Shown one piece after another: positions 11,614 through 25,870 of a stretch of 64,000 bases of DNA. Below the pieces are notes generated by a model. It did not search any database. It was not told the origin of the DNA and saw nothing but the letters and a program-made list of their open reading frames with translations. The stretch comes from Chiloscyllium plagiosum (Eukaryota), in assembly GCF_004010195.1 (NCBI RefSeq), contig NC_057758.1, positions 1,446,927 to 1,510,926 on the forward strand, read 5' to 3'. Within the stretch, counting starts at the first letter, position 1, and the number at the start of each line of letters is the position of its first letter. A program made the translations under genes and the position numbers.

Positions 11614-11816
11614 GGGACAAAGTGAGGACTGCAGATGCTGGAGAACAGGATCAAAGAGTGTGGTGCTGGAAAAGCACAGCCAGTGAAGTAGCATCCGAGG
11701 AGCAGGAGAATCGACTTTTCTGGCATAAGCCCTTCATCATTCTGAAACGTTGATTCTCCTGCTCCTCAGATGTTGCCTAACCGGCTATGCATTTCCAACA
11801 CAACCTCTTTCGACTA
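11614..11816. mobile_element. Short palindromic Penelope-derived element
   Basis: Inverted arms around a degenerate hammerhead motif; 14-bp TSD TGATCCAACAAAGC/TGATCTAATAAAGC. Confidence 0.7.
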
Positions 11817-11929
11817 TGATCTAATAAAGCCCCTATTAAATTTAATGCAACTCAATTTTCAGAACCAGACAGCGGCTGTCATCTCCAGTGTCGATCTTCC
11901 TGTGTTTGCAGATCTCCCTGGTTCGTCTG

Positions 11930-12616
11930 CAGTCACAGAGTCATAGAGATGGAAACATACCCTTCAGTCCAAGTCGTCCATGCCAAACAGATAGCCCAAC
12001 CCAATTTAGTCCTACCTGCCAGAACTTGGCCCATATCCCTCCAAACCCTTCCTCTTCGTACACTTATCCAGATGCTTTTTATATGTTTCAATTGTACCAG
12101 CCTCAAGCACTTCATCGGGCAGCTCATTCCATACATGTACCACCCTCTGAATGAAAACGTTACCCCATAGATTTCTTTTATGTTTTTCCCGTCTCACCCT
12201 AAACCTATCCCCTCTGGTTCTGGACTCAACTACCTCAGGAAAATGACTTTGTCGATTTATCCTATCCATGCCCCCCCATGATTTCATAAACCTCTGTAAG
12301 TTCGCCCCTCAGCCTCCGACACTCCAGGGAAAACAGCCTGTTCAACCTCTCCCTATAGCTCAAATTCTCCAATCCTGGCAACAACCTTGTAAATCTTTTC
12401 TGAAAGCTTTCAAGGTTCACAACATCTTTCCGATAGGAAGGAGACCAGAATCGCACGCAATATTCCAACAGTGGCCTAACCAATGTCCTGTACAGCCGCA
12501 ACATGTCCTTCCAACTCAATACTCTGATCAATAAGGGAAAGCATACCAAACGCCTTCTTCACTATCCTATCTACCTGCAGCTCCACTTTCAATGAGCTAA
12601 GAACCTGCACTCCAGG
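11930..12616 (-). mobile_element. CR1 LINE 3' end
   Basis: LYRTLVRPLLEYCVRFWSPSYRKDV motif and (CATAGAGT)-type tail. Confidence 0.9.
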
Positions 12617-13079
12617 TGTCCTGCTGCATAGATTTTTCGCATGAAAAAGGTACCTTTGGCAGAGAATGTTTTTGGGCAGTCTACCTGACAGTTGCAGGTG
12701 GCGCTCTTTCTGGCTTACTGTCCAAAATGCCTGCTTTGTATACTCCAAACATGGGATCATCTCTTTGGTTCAATGCTATCAAAAGAATAAAATGCAAATT
12801 CGATAGGGTTTTTTGCATTAAACTCATTGGGCAAATTCAAACTGCTGTGAAAACAACTGGTATCTAGGTTACAGTTAAAGTGTTACATCTTTTAATTTTC
12901 CAGCATACTGTGTGAAATGACAGGTGTTTGCCAGCTTCCACTCTCTCTTAAAGCTGCAGTACACGCCTTCCCTCCTTAAGAAAGAAAATGGGCAATCATA
13001 TTGTAAAGATGACTTCATTTTTTTTTCTATTTCGTAACCCCATTACCATGAAGTACTAGGACATTAATCAAGGTTCATA

Positions 13080-15012
13080 TGTAGGTCTGCGCACACATAC
13101 ATATGTGGGTGTACTGTACCTTTAAGAGGGCTAAACGCAACAGAACTACCTGACAGCGCCAAGTATTCTGATAAAGGATGTAATGTAAAATTTTGGTCCG
13201 TTAGTTACTGAAGCTGTTTGTCTGGAGACAAACACAGGTTCGAATTAGACCAATCAGTCGGGATTTGAAAAGATTTTGGCAGATTTGAATAGATTTAGGG
13301 GTACGAAGAATCCTAGCAGATTTAAAAACTTGCAGGTAAGCGTCCTAGATCTTTAAATAAAACATTAGTTAGACATTGAAACAAAAAAATCAGTGACTCG
13401 TGCTTGATTAAACTAAAAGTGAGAGAAATGTCTCTTAAAATTGCAAAAGCGATTTTGGGAATCGAAGGTGATTCTTAAATATGCCAAGAAAGTTTAAAAG
13501 GAATGAAAAAGGCTATACTTTTAGAATTAGCAAATACGTTAGTTATGGGTTTAACCAAGGATAAAAGTAAATCTCAAATTGTCAGGGAATTACTCAAACA
13601 CTTAGGTGAGTCAGAGAAACAGAAAAATGCTGCAGGGGTAGAAAAACTTGAATAACACTTGAGGAAAATGGAGTCAGAAGACAAATAAAGACAGAGAGGA
13701 AAGAGAGAAGGGGAGAGAGAAAGGGAAAGGGAGAGAAAAGAAAGAGAGAGACGAGAGAGAAAGAGAGCGCAGAGAGGGAGAGAGAGGGAAAAGAGAGAGA
13801 AAATGTTCTTGGCTCAGCAAACAATGAGAAAAGAAAGTGAGAGACAGAGAGAGAGAAGAGAGAGAAAGAGGGAAGGGGGAGAAAGAAAGAGAAGATGCTT
13901 AGCTGAGCAAAAAGAGAGAAAATTTGAATTTGGGAAGTTGCGAAAAATTGGCTCGGCAGATGGAGTGGTCCGAGGATTTACGGGTCATGTGAGTTCCGTT
14001 TAAACTGGGAGACAGAGCAAGTGAGATATTTGCCGCGCTGTCAGATGAGTTGTCAAGAGATTATGAAAGGCAAAACCCGTTATTTTAAGTGCATATGAAT
14101 TGGTTACAGAAGTATATAGATAGCGGTTCAGAAACACAAACAAGGAACCAAGTCAGACTTATGTTGAGATGGAAGGAATTAAACGCAGTCATTTTCATCG
14201 ATGGGTGTGTGCTTTGAAAATAGATAGGACCTTTGAGGAGCTAAGAGAGACAGTTCTGCTGGAGGGGTTTAAAAACTCAATTCCAGAGGTGGTAAGAATT
14301 CAAATCGAGGAAGAGAAAGTTCAGAAAGTGACAAGAACAGCAGAATGAGCAGATTAGTACATGTTGGTGCATAATTCAAGCTTCCATCCAGAATTTCGTC
14401 CTGTAAGGGATAGACGTTGGGAGATGGGAGAGGGGGATCCTACACGACGAAACCAAGTGTAGAGAGCACTGCTAAGAATTTACCACAGGATGAAAAAGAA
14501 CCCCAAGAGGGTGGACAGGAGGTGAAACGCCTCAGGTATATTTACTGTAATGAAGTGGGACGCAGAAAATCACAGTGCTGGTGGTTTCAGAAGGGCACTG
14601 GCAAAAGGTATTTTCACTGCCATAAAGTGGGGCACGCAAAATCGCAATGCTGATAATTGAAGAAAGGCGCTGTCGAAAAAGATGTGGTAAAAGAAGCTAA
14701 GCCAGTGGCATTGGTGAAAATAATAAAGAAGACCCCAAGAAGAGCTGAGGAGCTGGAGGGGAATGCACAGCCTTCGCAGGGGCTGGGAAAGGACTTGGTA
14801 CCCGATCTCTTGAAAGGATTCACCTCTGTGTGTAAAGTTTTCTCAGAAACAACAGGGAGAGAAGGATAAGAATTTATACTGTTGAGAGATACAGAATCTA
14901 ACCAGTTACTGAAAGTAAGAGATGATCGAATACGCACTCTTTCTGATCTGTTACCTGAGAGGGTGGCAATTTGTAGGATAAATGGACAGAAATTTGTAGT
15001 TCACCTATTTTG
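13080..15012 (+). mobile_element. Degenerate Gmr1-like Gypsy retrotransposon: partial 5' LTR, gag (SCAN-like capsid, two CCHC knuckles) and start of protease
   Basis: gag from ATG 13428 (MSLKIAK...). SCAN-like AYELVTEVYR*RFR...LLEGFKNSIP; knuckles YCNEVGRRKSQC and HCHKVGHAKSQC; LRDTES resembles LRDTG. Multiple stops and frameshifts. Confidence 0.8.
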
Positions 15013-15289
15013 TGTCATTCACGAACTTGGTCATGGTACATACACTTGTCTCGACGTACTGGTAAAACCTATTAATAATTGTGGCTCCAGACCTCATACC
15101 CCGCCATTCCATTAGTTCCAGGTTGCCATTCTGAAAATGACTCCTTGCTCTAACTGTTCTAAGGTACTAACTCCAACATCAGGATCCCTAACCATATTAA
15201 AACCATATTAATCGATTTTTATGGAATTAGATAGGATCCTAAAGGAGTTGATTGAAGTCGCCTTTTTTTGGAAGTAAAGGGACCTCCGG

Positions 15290-17845
15290 TAAGTGGGAGG
15301 TATTTAAAGGTGAGATAGCTAGAGTCTAAGGTCTATATGTTCCTGTGAGGATGAAGGGCAAGGGTGGCAGGAACGGGGAACCCTGGATGACAAGAGATAT
15401 CGAAGGTTTGACCAGAAAAAAGAAGGAGATATAGTTCAGGTACGGGCAGCTAAGATCATGGAAATCCTTGGAAGCGTATAAAGAATACAGGAGTCCACTG
15501 AAGAAGGAGATTGGGAGGGCGAAAAGGGTGCACAAGATAGTTTTGGCTGACAAGATTAGGGTCAATCCAAAGAGGTTCGCTAAGTATATTAAAGGAAAAG
15601 GAACAAAAGGACACTCTCAGGGTCAAAAGTGGACATGTGTGTGTAGAACCTCAGGAGATGGGCGAGTTCATCAATCAATATTTCTACTCCGAGTTTACCG
15701 TGAAGAGTTGGGAACTTTGGGAAGATAGTCGTGATATCTTGAAGGCAGTCCATTTCACAGTAGAGGAGGTGTTGGATGTATTAGAATACATGAAGGTGAA
15801 TAAATGAAGGTTTTAAGAGGATGTATGATGCGTTGGCTTTCATTCGCAGGGGTTTAAGTTTGAGTTTAAGAGCCGTGCCATTCTGCTGCAGTGCGAAAAA
15901 ACACTGGTTAGACCATACTTGGAATGTTGTGTTCCGTTCTGGTCGCAACATTAAAATAAGGATTTGAAAGCTTTGGAGAGCGTGCAGAGACGATTTACCA
16001 GGATGCTGTCTGGACATTTTATGAAGAAACGTTGAAGGAACGATGGCTTTTCTCATTGTAGTGAAGAAGGGTAGAGGCGACTTGATAGAGGCATACAAGA
16101 TAAAGTGAATATAAGATGCTTTTCTTCACAGCGTGGAAGTGGCTATCACAAGGTAGTGGGGGGATGGTTGAGGGAAGTTTGGGGGATGTCAGATGTCAGT
16201 TCCTTACAGAGCGTTTTGAGTGCATGGAATGCACTGCTAGCGGTGGTAGTCGAGTCAGGTGCATTAGGGATATTTCAGCGATTCTTGGATAGGCACATGG
16301 ATGATAATTAAATGAAGGGTACGTAGGTTAGTTTGATCTTAGAATAAGATAAAAAGATAGGCACAACATCGAGGGCTGAAAGGCCTGTACTCTGCTGTAC
16401 TATTCTATGTTCTCTGTTCTATGTTCTTTAAATCTCCTGGTCCGGACCCGATATATCCAAGAACACCACAAGATACTACAGAGGAAATTGTGGGGGCCCT
16501 AGCTTAAATTTTTGTGTCATCATTATTAGCCATGGGTGAGGTTCCGGAAGATTGGAAGGTAGCGAATGTTGTTTCCTTTGTCACGAAGGGCTGCAAAGAA
16601 AAGCCTGTGAAGTATAAACCAGTAAGCTTAGGTACGTTACTTAAGCAGATTCTTGGCGATAAGATGCATTTGGAAAAACAGGGTTTAATTAGTATGGCTT
16701 GTGTGTGGGCGATCTGGACTCACAGATCTTGAGAAGTTATTTGATGAAGTGACGAGGAAGATAGACGAGGCACGGTGGTAGATGTAGTCTATATGGATTT
16801 CAGTAAGGTCTTTGATAAGCTGTGGAAGGGCAAGCTGGCAAATTAGATACACAATTGGCTTGATGTTAGGAAGCGGAAGGTAATAGTGGAAGGATACTTG
16901 TCGAACTGGAGACCTGTGATGGGTGGAGTGCCTCAGGGGTCAGTGCTGGGCTCATTGCTGTTTGTTATCGATATCAATGATTTGGATGAAAATATACAAG
17001 GCGTGATTAATAGGTTTGCTGATGACAATAAAAATGGGCGAAAGAATACCAAATGGAATTGAATACAGACAAATGCGAGGTCCTGCAGTTTGGAAAGAGA
17101 AATCAAGATAGGTGTTTCATGATGAAAGGTAGGGACTTAGGGAGTGTAGTGGAACAGAGAGAACTTGGAGGTAAGGTGCACAGTTCCTTCAAACTGGAGT
17201 CATAGGTAGACAATACAGTGAAGAAAGTTTTGTCCTTCATCAGTCAGAGAATTGAGTATAGAAATTGAGAAGTCATATTGCAGTTGGAGCGGACGTTGGT
17301 GAGGCCGCACTTGGAGTATTCCAGTCAGTATTTGATCATCTTTCTACAGGAAAGATATTAATAAACAGGAAGAGAATGCAGAAGAAATTTACAAGGAAAA
17401 TGCCTGGACTCAATGGATGGAGACATTTGAAGAGTTTGGACAAGCTCAGATTTTTTTCTGCAGAGCAATGGAGACTGAGCGAGGAACTTATTGAAATGTA
17501 TAAGATCATGAGAAGCATGGATAGGGTGAGTGCATTTCGCTTTTCTTCACGGGGTAGAGGGCTTCAGTTTAAGGTTAGTGGGAAAAGAAGTAAAGGCAAC
17601 CTGAGGGGCAACGTTTTACACAGAGGGTGGTATGCATATGGAATGAGCAGCCAGCGGAAGTGGTTGAGCTGCATACATTAGTAACATTTAAAAGGCATTT
17701 GGATAAATACATGAACAGGAAAGTATTCGTAGGATATGAGCAAAGTGCAGGGAATGAGGTTGTCATGGATGGGCATTTTGTTTGGCTTGGACCAGTTTGG
17801 ACCAAAGAGCCTGTCTGTAGGATTCTAAGAATCTATGACTCTAAG
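15290..17845 (+). mobile_element. CR1 LINE ORF2 with a nested younger CR1 3' fragment (about 15807-16428, TAAAT duplication)
   Basis: NPKRF, VPEDWKVANV, DFSKVFD, GVPQGSVLG and FADD motifs. Confidence 0.9.
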
Positions 17846-17954
17846 TAGTCTAATGTGTGGCACATTATCACATGTCTTCTTAAAGCATGACTTTCAGAAA
17901 GCCAAGTTGAGGAACAGTGAGCTTGTGAGTTTGGTGATTTGGAGCTCAGTTTAT

Positions 17955-18465
17955 GGATCAGGTTGTAGGTAAGCTCGCTGAGCTGGTGGATTTGTTCTCA
18001 GAAATCTAGTCACCTTGCTAAGTAACATCATTGCTAAGTAACATCATCGGTGAAGCATTGGTGCCCTGCCCCGCTTGCTATTTATCTCCCTCAGTTTGTT
18101 GTGGTTGTGATATCATTTCTGGTTGTATTTCTGAGAGGCTGGTAAATAGCGTCCAAATCAGTATGCCTGTTAATGGAATTCTGGTTTGAATGCCAGACAT
18201 CTAGGATTTCCTACTCGTCACTCTGTTTAGCCAGTCCCAGGCAGGATATGTTGTCCCAGTCGAACTGGTGTCCCAGTTCGTCTGTGTATATGGATACAAG
18301 TGATAGTTGGTCATGCCTTTTGATGAGTAGTTCGTGTTCGTGTATCCTGTTGGCTATCTTCCTGCCCGTTTGTCCAATGTAATGTTTGTTGCAATCCTTA
18401 TGGGGTATTTTGAAAAGGACATTCCTTCTGCTGGTTGTGGGTACGGGGTCCTTTAACTTACTAAG
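17955..18465 (-). mobile_element. Penelope-like element 3' end with GIY-YIG endonuclease remnant
   Basis: Minus strand translates KIPHKDCNKHYIGQTGRKIANRIHEH...GHQFDWDN; degenerate hammerhead-like motif at about 18000-18055. Confidence 0.85.
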
Positions 18466-18604
18466 TCAGCAGTATTAGCAGCTTGTTTTAAGGAGCAATA
18501 CATTAACTGGAGATGCAACTTTATGCCAAACGGAAAACAGCTTTTCAGCTGAATAACAAGTTTTAGTATGGATACAGGAGTGATTCTTCGCTGAGATGTG
18601 ACAA

Positions 18605-19770
18605 TCGAGCATAGAATCATAGAAATGTTCTGCGCAGAAACAGATTCTTTGGTTCAACTCATCCATACCGATCAGATACCTAAATTAACGTCTCTCCATT
18701 TGCCAGCATTTGACCCATATCGCTCTGAACCATTCATATTCATATGGCTGCAACTACACAAAGTGTTAGTGCGGCCACACTTGGAATACTGTGTACAGTT
18801 CTGGTCGCCATATTTCGGGAAGGATGTGGAAAAGGTGCAGAGGATGTTGCCTGGTCTGGAGAGAAGGTCTTATGAGGAAAGGCTGAGAGACTTGGGTCTG
18901 TTCTCATTGGAAAACAGTAGACTAAGAGGGGATTTGATAGAGACATACAAGATGATCAGAGGATTAGATAGGGTAGACATCCTTTTTTCCTAGGATGATG
19001 TACAAGGGGGCATAACTACAAATTGAGGGGTGATAGATTTAAGACAGATGTCAGAGGCAGGTTCTTTACGCAGTGAGTGGTAAGGGCCCTACCTGGCAGT
19101 GTAGTCAACTCAGCCACACTAGGGAGATTTAAACAACCCTTGGATAAGCACATGGATGATGATGAAATAGTGCAGGGGGACAAGCTGAGAATAGTGCACA
19201 GATCGGCGCGATATTGAGGGCTGAAGGGCCTGTTCTGTGCTGTATTGTTCTATATTCTATGTACCCATCCAGATGCCTTTTAAATGTTGTATTTCTACCA
19301 GCCTCCACCACCTCCACTGGCAGCTTATTCCACACACGCACCACTCTCTACATGAAAAAGATGCCCCACAACCCCTCCCACCATAAACAAATGCGCTCTA
19401 GTTCTGCCACCGCTGCCCCCCAGGGAAATGCCTTTGTGTATTTACCCTATCTATGCCCCTCATGATTCTATAATCATCTATAATGTCATTCTTCAGCCTC
19501 CAACGCTCCGGGGAAAGCAGTCCCAGCCTTTTCAGCCTATACCTACAGCACAAACGCTCCAATCCTGGCAACATTCTTATAAATCTTATCTGAAGCTTTC
19601 CAAGGTTCACAACATCTTTCCGCTAGGAAGGAGACCAGAATTGCACACAATATTCCAAAATTAGCTAGCCAATGACCACCCAACTCCTATACTCAGGGCT
19701 CGGTCCAATAAAGGAAAGCATACCAACCGCCTTCTTCATTATCTTCTCTCCCTGCAACTGCACATTCAAA
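18605..19770 (-). mobile_element. CR1 3' end interrupted by an opposite-strand CR1 (about 18746-19260, +)
   Basis: [20 protein letters not shown] on the plus strand; flanking minus-strand CR1 halves are collinear. Confidence 0.85.
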
Positions 19771-19959
19771 GAACAGACTGGGGTAAAAGGGATAAAGCTT
19801 CCTTTCTAATTTTTATAACATCTGTTGTCCTGTGTAAGGTCGTTATTTGCCATTTTTGCACTCAAAAAAATTGCCTGTTCTTTTCTTAATCGTACACTGG
19901 CAGCATCTTGTGAATGCATTCATTGACAAGCTTTCCAAGCAATGCTTATGGATTGGGCG

Positions 19960-20345
19960 AAAGTGAGTACTGCAGATGCTGGAGATTAGAGTCAAGAATA
20001 TGCTCCTGGAAAAGCACAGCATGTCAGGCAGCTCCCGAGGAGCAGGAAAAGTGATGTTTCGGGTAAAGGTCATTCATCAGGAATGAGGCCTGGGAATCTC
20101 GGGGGTGAAGAGATAAATGGATGGGAGTGGGATTGGGGAAGGAATCTGAGAGTGCAATAGATGGAATAGAGATGGGGGTAAAGGTGATAGGTTGGAGGGG
20201 AGGGTGGGGCGGAGTAGTGGAAAGGAATATGGACAGATGAGACGGGTCATGAGGACGGTGCCGTGCTGGAAGGTTGGAACTGGGGAAAGGTGGGGGAGGG
20301 GAATTAAGGAAACTGGTGAAATCCACATTGATGCCATGGAATTGG
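19960..20345 (-). mobile_element. Penelope-like element terminal fragment
   Basis: AAAGTGAG.ACTGCAGATGCTGG end; minus-strand CTGATGA...GAAACATC motif; GINVDFTSF-type coding end. Confidence 0.7.
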
Positions 20346-20419
20346 AGAGTCGAATTCCATCTTAAAGGTACAGTACACACCTTCGACATCGTAACAGAAT
20401 GATGTTTCAATTGGTGGAA

Positions 20420-21980
20420 GAGACTAGGACCCAAGGACATAGCCTTAGTGTAAATGTAAGACCTTGTAGAATGAAGATAACGAGAAAGTTCTTCAGCCAG
20501 AGAAGTTATGTAATTCACTAGTATAGATGGCTGTGAAGCCTGGTCATTGAGTATATTTAATACTGAGATAGATAGGTTCTTAAGTATCAAGGGGTCAAGG
20601 TTTATAGGGAGAAATCTGAAGAATGGAGCTGAGAAACTTATCAGACATGATTAAGTGGTGGAGCAGACCCGATGAGCTGTTCCTATGTCTTATGGTCCTA
20701 TGGTCTAAGTAAGGAGGGGAACAACATTTATACTATTGTTGGTGGTGTTGGTGTGGGTGGGTCGGGGTTGTTTGAGGGATATGGAGGTGGTGGTGAGTGC
20801 TAGGATGCGAGTGGAGAAAAGAGGTTGAGAATTCAGATCGAGTGATCGGAATGTGAGAATGTTAAATCAATGGTGCATCTCCTGTCAGTCTAGAAAGATT
20901 CATAAAATCTTGACGGGCAAGGATAGGGTAGATAGATGAAGTCTTTTCCACAGGGTGGAGGAGTCCAGAACTAGACGGCATAGCCATAGCTACTCTAAAG
21001 GTGAGAGGGGAAAGATATAGAATAGGCCTAAGGAGCAACGTTTTCACACAGAGGGTGGTGCATACTTGGAATAAGCTGCCAGAGAAAGTGGTGGAAGCTG
21101 GTAAATTCACAAAATTTAAAAGGCATCTGGACGGTTGTATGTATAGGAAGGGTTTAGAGGGATATGGGTAAATGCTGAGAAATGGGACAAGATTAGGTTA
21201 GTCCGCATGAACGAGTTAGACCAAAGGGTCTGTTTCCATGTCTGTGTGTGTATGCTAAAATTGTTGAACCCAGTATTACGTTCAGAAGGCTGTAAAGTGC
21301 CTAGTCTGAACATGAGATGTGATTACTTGAGTTTGTGCTGTGATTCGCTGGAACACTGCAGCACACTGCACACTGTGAATATGTGAGCAGCTATGAGAAG
21401 GTCAGGGTCCTGCTTGCTGACAGATATGGGGTGTTCTGCAAAGCCATCACCCAGTGTGCATTTGGTTTCACCACTGTAGCATACACCCTATTGGATGCAA
21501 CGAACTCAATACACAAGATTGGAAAAAGTCCAGGTGAACTGCTACTTTAGCCCTTAGATGGTCAGCTGGGAGGAGGTGAAGAGGTGGGTGTTGCACTTTC
21601 TGCGGTTACATGGGAGGATGCTATGGAAGGGTTGGGGTGGTGTTGGTACTTATGGAATGGACAAGGGTATTCCAGAGGTAGCAGTCCTTGCGTAAATCAA
21701 ACAGGGAGTGTGAGGGCAAGATGTGTTTGAGTGGTAGCATTCTGCTGGGGTTATGACCACTTTGCAGTACACAAACAGGAAAGCAGCTCGCTTCATTGGC
21801 AGCGTGTCCACATCCATTCACTCCATTGTTACACTGCAGCAGTCGTGTTTGCAAGATGCACTGCAGAAATTCACCAAGACTCCCCAGGCAGCACCTTACA
21901 AACAGATTTTGACTACAATATAAAAGGACACGGTCAGTCATGATATGGCTTCACCAGCAGCTGCGACTCCCCTCCAAGTT
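20420..21980. mobile_element. Mosaic of LINE 3' ends (+) and a Penelope-like fragment (about 21255-21750, -)
   Basis: CR1 VVHTWNKLPEKVVEAG segment; minus-strand FRLGTLQP...NTGFNNF Penelope-type C-terminus. Confidence 0.65.
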
Positions 21981-22980
21981 ACATAGATTTGAATGGGATA
22001 GAATAGAGTGGGATAGCATAGAATAGAATACAGCAGGATAGAGTAGCTTTTATTGTCTCAATGAGTACAGTGAAAGTTTATACGTTGCCACTCAGTGCAG
22101 GCTTAAATACAAACGCACTGAGTGCGAAAATGCTGCCCCTTTAACAAAGCTATCATAGAATCCCTACAGTGCGGGAACAGGCCATTCGGACCAACAAGTC
22201 CACACTGACAGTGTCTGGTTCGCAGCAGGCTCTGGCTCCACAACAAACTGGCAACAAGCCATGCCAGGAGACTATTACACCACACCACGATGCCCCAACA
22301 AGAGGAGGTCACATGCCAATGCCGAGAGGCCATTGCGGGAGGCTGGAATGATGCCATGCCAATGCCAATTGGTCAACACCAGAGATTGCAGTGTTTGGCC
22401 AGGAGGATGCCATGCCAACATTGGGGGGTGGGGGGGGGGGGGTGGAGCGGGGAAGCGATGTTGGAGATTGCAGTACCAGTTCCGGGTGGTGTCACACTAT
22501 GCCAAGAAGTGATTGAGCCAGACTGAATTGCCAGGCTGTGAGAATGCCATGCTATGCTGAGGGGGAAAATGCTGGAAATTACAGTGTCAGGCCAGGAGGA
22601 TGCTACACCAATGCTGAAGGGTGATACTGGAGACTGGAGTGCCAGCCTGGGAGGATGCCACGCTAATGCCAGGAGGCCACCGCGCCAGACTGAATCACTG
22701 CACTCTGGAGTTGGGAATCGTCGCTGGAGGCCAGGAATCATTGATCACTGGAGGCCAGGGATTGATATTGGTGGCTGGGGATCATCACCAGAGGCGTCGA
22801 AGCAAAGAAAAAGAATAAGAGGGAGAAGAAAGGAAAAAAGAAACGAAGAATGGGATAAGGTGGAGCAGATGAGTTCTGGCTGGAGCATCCTCTTTTGCGA
22901 CCGTTTCAGTGTTCCTGAATTAAAAAACAGACTACATTACACACCCCGCATGCACTCTCTCTCTCTCACACACACACTCT

Positions 22981-23017
<37 letters not shown>

Positions 23018-23227
23018 CCTCACAGGCACGCACACATAGACATATGAGTCGATGGGATGAATTTGCATTTGCAGGATTTTCTTTGCAGATACATTCTGTC
23101 TTGTTCAAAATGAACACAATCTGTAGGCAGTCAATCCATGTGACATATTATAAATTCCTTCTAAGGAAATTGAATCAATCTGATTCAAGATTAGAATACA
23201 GATGGATTCTAATCTCAAATTTTTAAT

Positions 23228-25870
23228 AGAACATAGAACATAGAACCTTACAGTGCAGTACAGGGCCTTCAGCCCTCGATGTTGCGCTGACCTGTGAAAC
23301 CAATCTGAAGCCCGTCTAACCTACAGTATTCCATTATTATCCATATATTTATCCAATGACCATTTACATGCCCTTAACGTTGGCGAGTCTGCTGTTGTGG
23401 CAGGCAGGGCATTCCACGCCCTTACCACTCTCTGAGTAAAGAATCTACCTCTGACATCTGTCCTGTACCTATCACCCCTCAATTTAATCTATGTCCCCCC
23501 GTACTAGACATCACCATCCGAGGAGAAAAGGCTCTCACTGTCCACACTATCGAATCCTCTGATCATCTTGTATGTTTCTATTAAGTTACATCTGAACCTC
23601 AACTCCCTCAGCCTTTCTTTATAAAATCTTCCCTCCATGCCAGACAACAACTTGGTAAATCTTCTCTGTAGCCTTTACTGTGCTCCACATCCTTCCTATA
23701 ATGCAGCGACCCAAACTGTATACAGTACTCCAAGGATAGCCGGTCCAGAGTTTTGTACATCTGCAACATGACCTCATGGCTCCGAAACGCAATCCCTTGA
23801 CCAATAAAACCTAATGCACCGTAAGCCTTCTTAACAACCCTATCAACCTGAGTGGCAACTTTCAGGGATCTATGCACACGGACACCGAGATCTTTCTGCT
23901 GATCCATACTACCAAGAATCTTACCATTAGTCCAATACAGGTACTCTGTATTCCTGTTACCCTTTCCAAAGTGAATCACCTCACACTTTTCCGCATTAAA
24001 CTCCATTTGCCACATCTCAGCCCAGATCTGCAGCGTATCTATGTCCATCTGTAAACTGCAACATCACTATTCTCCTCACTTTTCACAACTCCACAGAACT
24101 TAGTGTTATCTGCCAATTTACTAGACCATTCTTTTACACCCTAATCCAGGTAATTTATAAACACAGAAGCAGCACTGGCCCAAAAACAGATCCTTGCGGT
24201 ACGCCACTATAAACTGAACTCCAGGACGAACATTTCCCATCAACCACCACCCTCTGTCTTCTTACAGCTAGCCAATTTCTGATCCAAACCACTAAATCAG
24301 CCTCAATCCCTTGCCTCTGTATTTTCTGCAATAGCCTACAATGAGAAACCTTATCAAACACTTTACTGAAATCCATGTACACCACATCAATCGCTTGTCC
24401 CTCGTCCACCTGTTTGGTCACCTTCTCAAAAAACTCAATAAGGCTTGTGAGGCACGATCAACCCTTCCCAAAACCATGTTGACTATCCTAATCAGTAATT
24501 CCTTTCGAGGTGATTATTAATCCTACCTTTTATAGTCCTTTCCAACATTTTACCCACAACTGAAATAATGCTCTCTGGCCTATAATTACCAGGGTTTCCC
24601 CAATCCTCTTCTTCAACAAAGAGACATTTGCTATCCTCCAGTCTTCTGCCACTATTGCTGGAGGCAATAATGGCATAAACATCAAAGCCGAAGGCTTTGC
24701 AATCTCCTGCCTAGATTCCCAGTGAATCCTAAGATAAATCCCATCCAGCTCAGGGAATTTATCTATTTTCACACTTCCCAAAATTGCTAACAACTCTTCA
24801 TTATGAACCTCAATCCCATCTCGTCTAATAGCATGTAACTCAGTATTATCCTGGACAACAGTGTCTTTTTCCAGTCTGAATAGTGACGAAAAATATTTAT
24901 TTAGTGCCTCTCCTATCTCTTCGGACTCCACTCACAACTTCCCACTACTGTCCTTGACTGGCCCTAATCTTACTTTAGTCATTATTTTTATACTTTTTCT
25001 TTCCTGACATACCTATAGAAGGTTTTAGGGTTTTCCTTGACCCTACCTGCCAAAGACTTCTCATGTCCCCTTCTTATCTCTCCTGCTTAACATGTAACTC
25101 TTAACTGCCCTAACTGAGTCTTCGTGCCTCATCCTAAACATAGACAGCATTTTTCCTCTTGACAGGAGATTCAACTTCTTTCCTAAATCACGATTTCCGC
25201 GCTCTACAACTTCTTCCCTGCCTGAGAGGTACATACTTAGCAAGGACACGCAGTCACTGCTCCTTGAACAAGCTTCACATTTCAGTTGTGCCCTGCATCC
25301 CCTGCAGTTTCCTTACCCATCCTATGCATCCTAAATCTTGCCTAATCGCCTCATAATTGCCTTTCCCCCCAGCTATAACTTATGTCCAGCAATATGTATC
25401 TTTCCCTTTCCATCGCTAAAGTAAACAGAACCAAATTGTGGTCACTATCACCAAAGTGGTCACCTGCCTCCAAATCTAACACCTGGCCTGTTTCATTACT
25501 CAGTACGGAATCCAATGCGGCTTTGCCTCTTGTGCTAAATTCATACTGTGTAAGAAAACCTTCCTGCACATACTGGACAAAAACTGACCCATCCAAGGCA
25601 ATTCCAGTCAACATTTGGAAAGTTAAAACCCCCCAGAACAACTACCTTGTTACCTTCCCTCCTATCCAGAATTATCTTTGCAATTCTATCCTCTACAGCT
25701 CTGGAACTTTTTCGTGGCCTTTAGGAAATTCCCAACAGGGTGACCTCTCCTTTCCTGTTCTAACCTCAGCCCATACTACCTCATTAGCCGAATCCTCATC
25801 AATTGTCCTTTCTGCCATCATAATACTATGGTTGACTAACAATGCCTCACTTACCCTTATTTTACCTCCT
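23228..25870 (-). mobile_element. CR1 LINE ORF2 (endonuclease remnant through RT to 3' tail), degenerate
   Basis: GDSDHN, DVVYMDFSKVFDKV, SGVPQGSVFGP and WQMEFNAEKCEV motifs; (CATAGAA)n tail. Confidence 0.92.

Larger units (their letters stand above)
11279..13038 (-). mobile_element. Gypsy-type LTR with nested Penelope-derived element and CR1
   Basis: Starts TGTTATGACA and resembles 9883-10582; probable end TTCGTAAC at about 13038. Confidence 0.6.

Noticed and set aside
22260..23039. Several overlapping ORFs up to 161 aa
   Set aside because: They arise from a degenerate GCCAGGAGGATGCCATGCCAAT repeat and CT/CA microsatellites.
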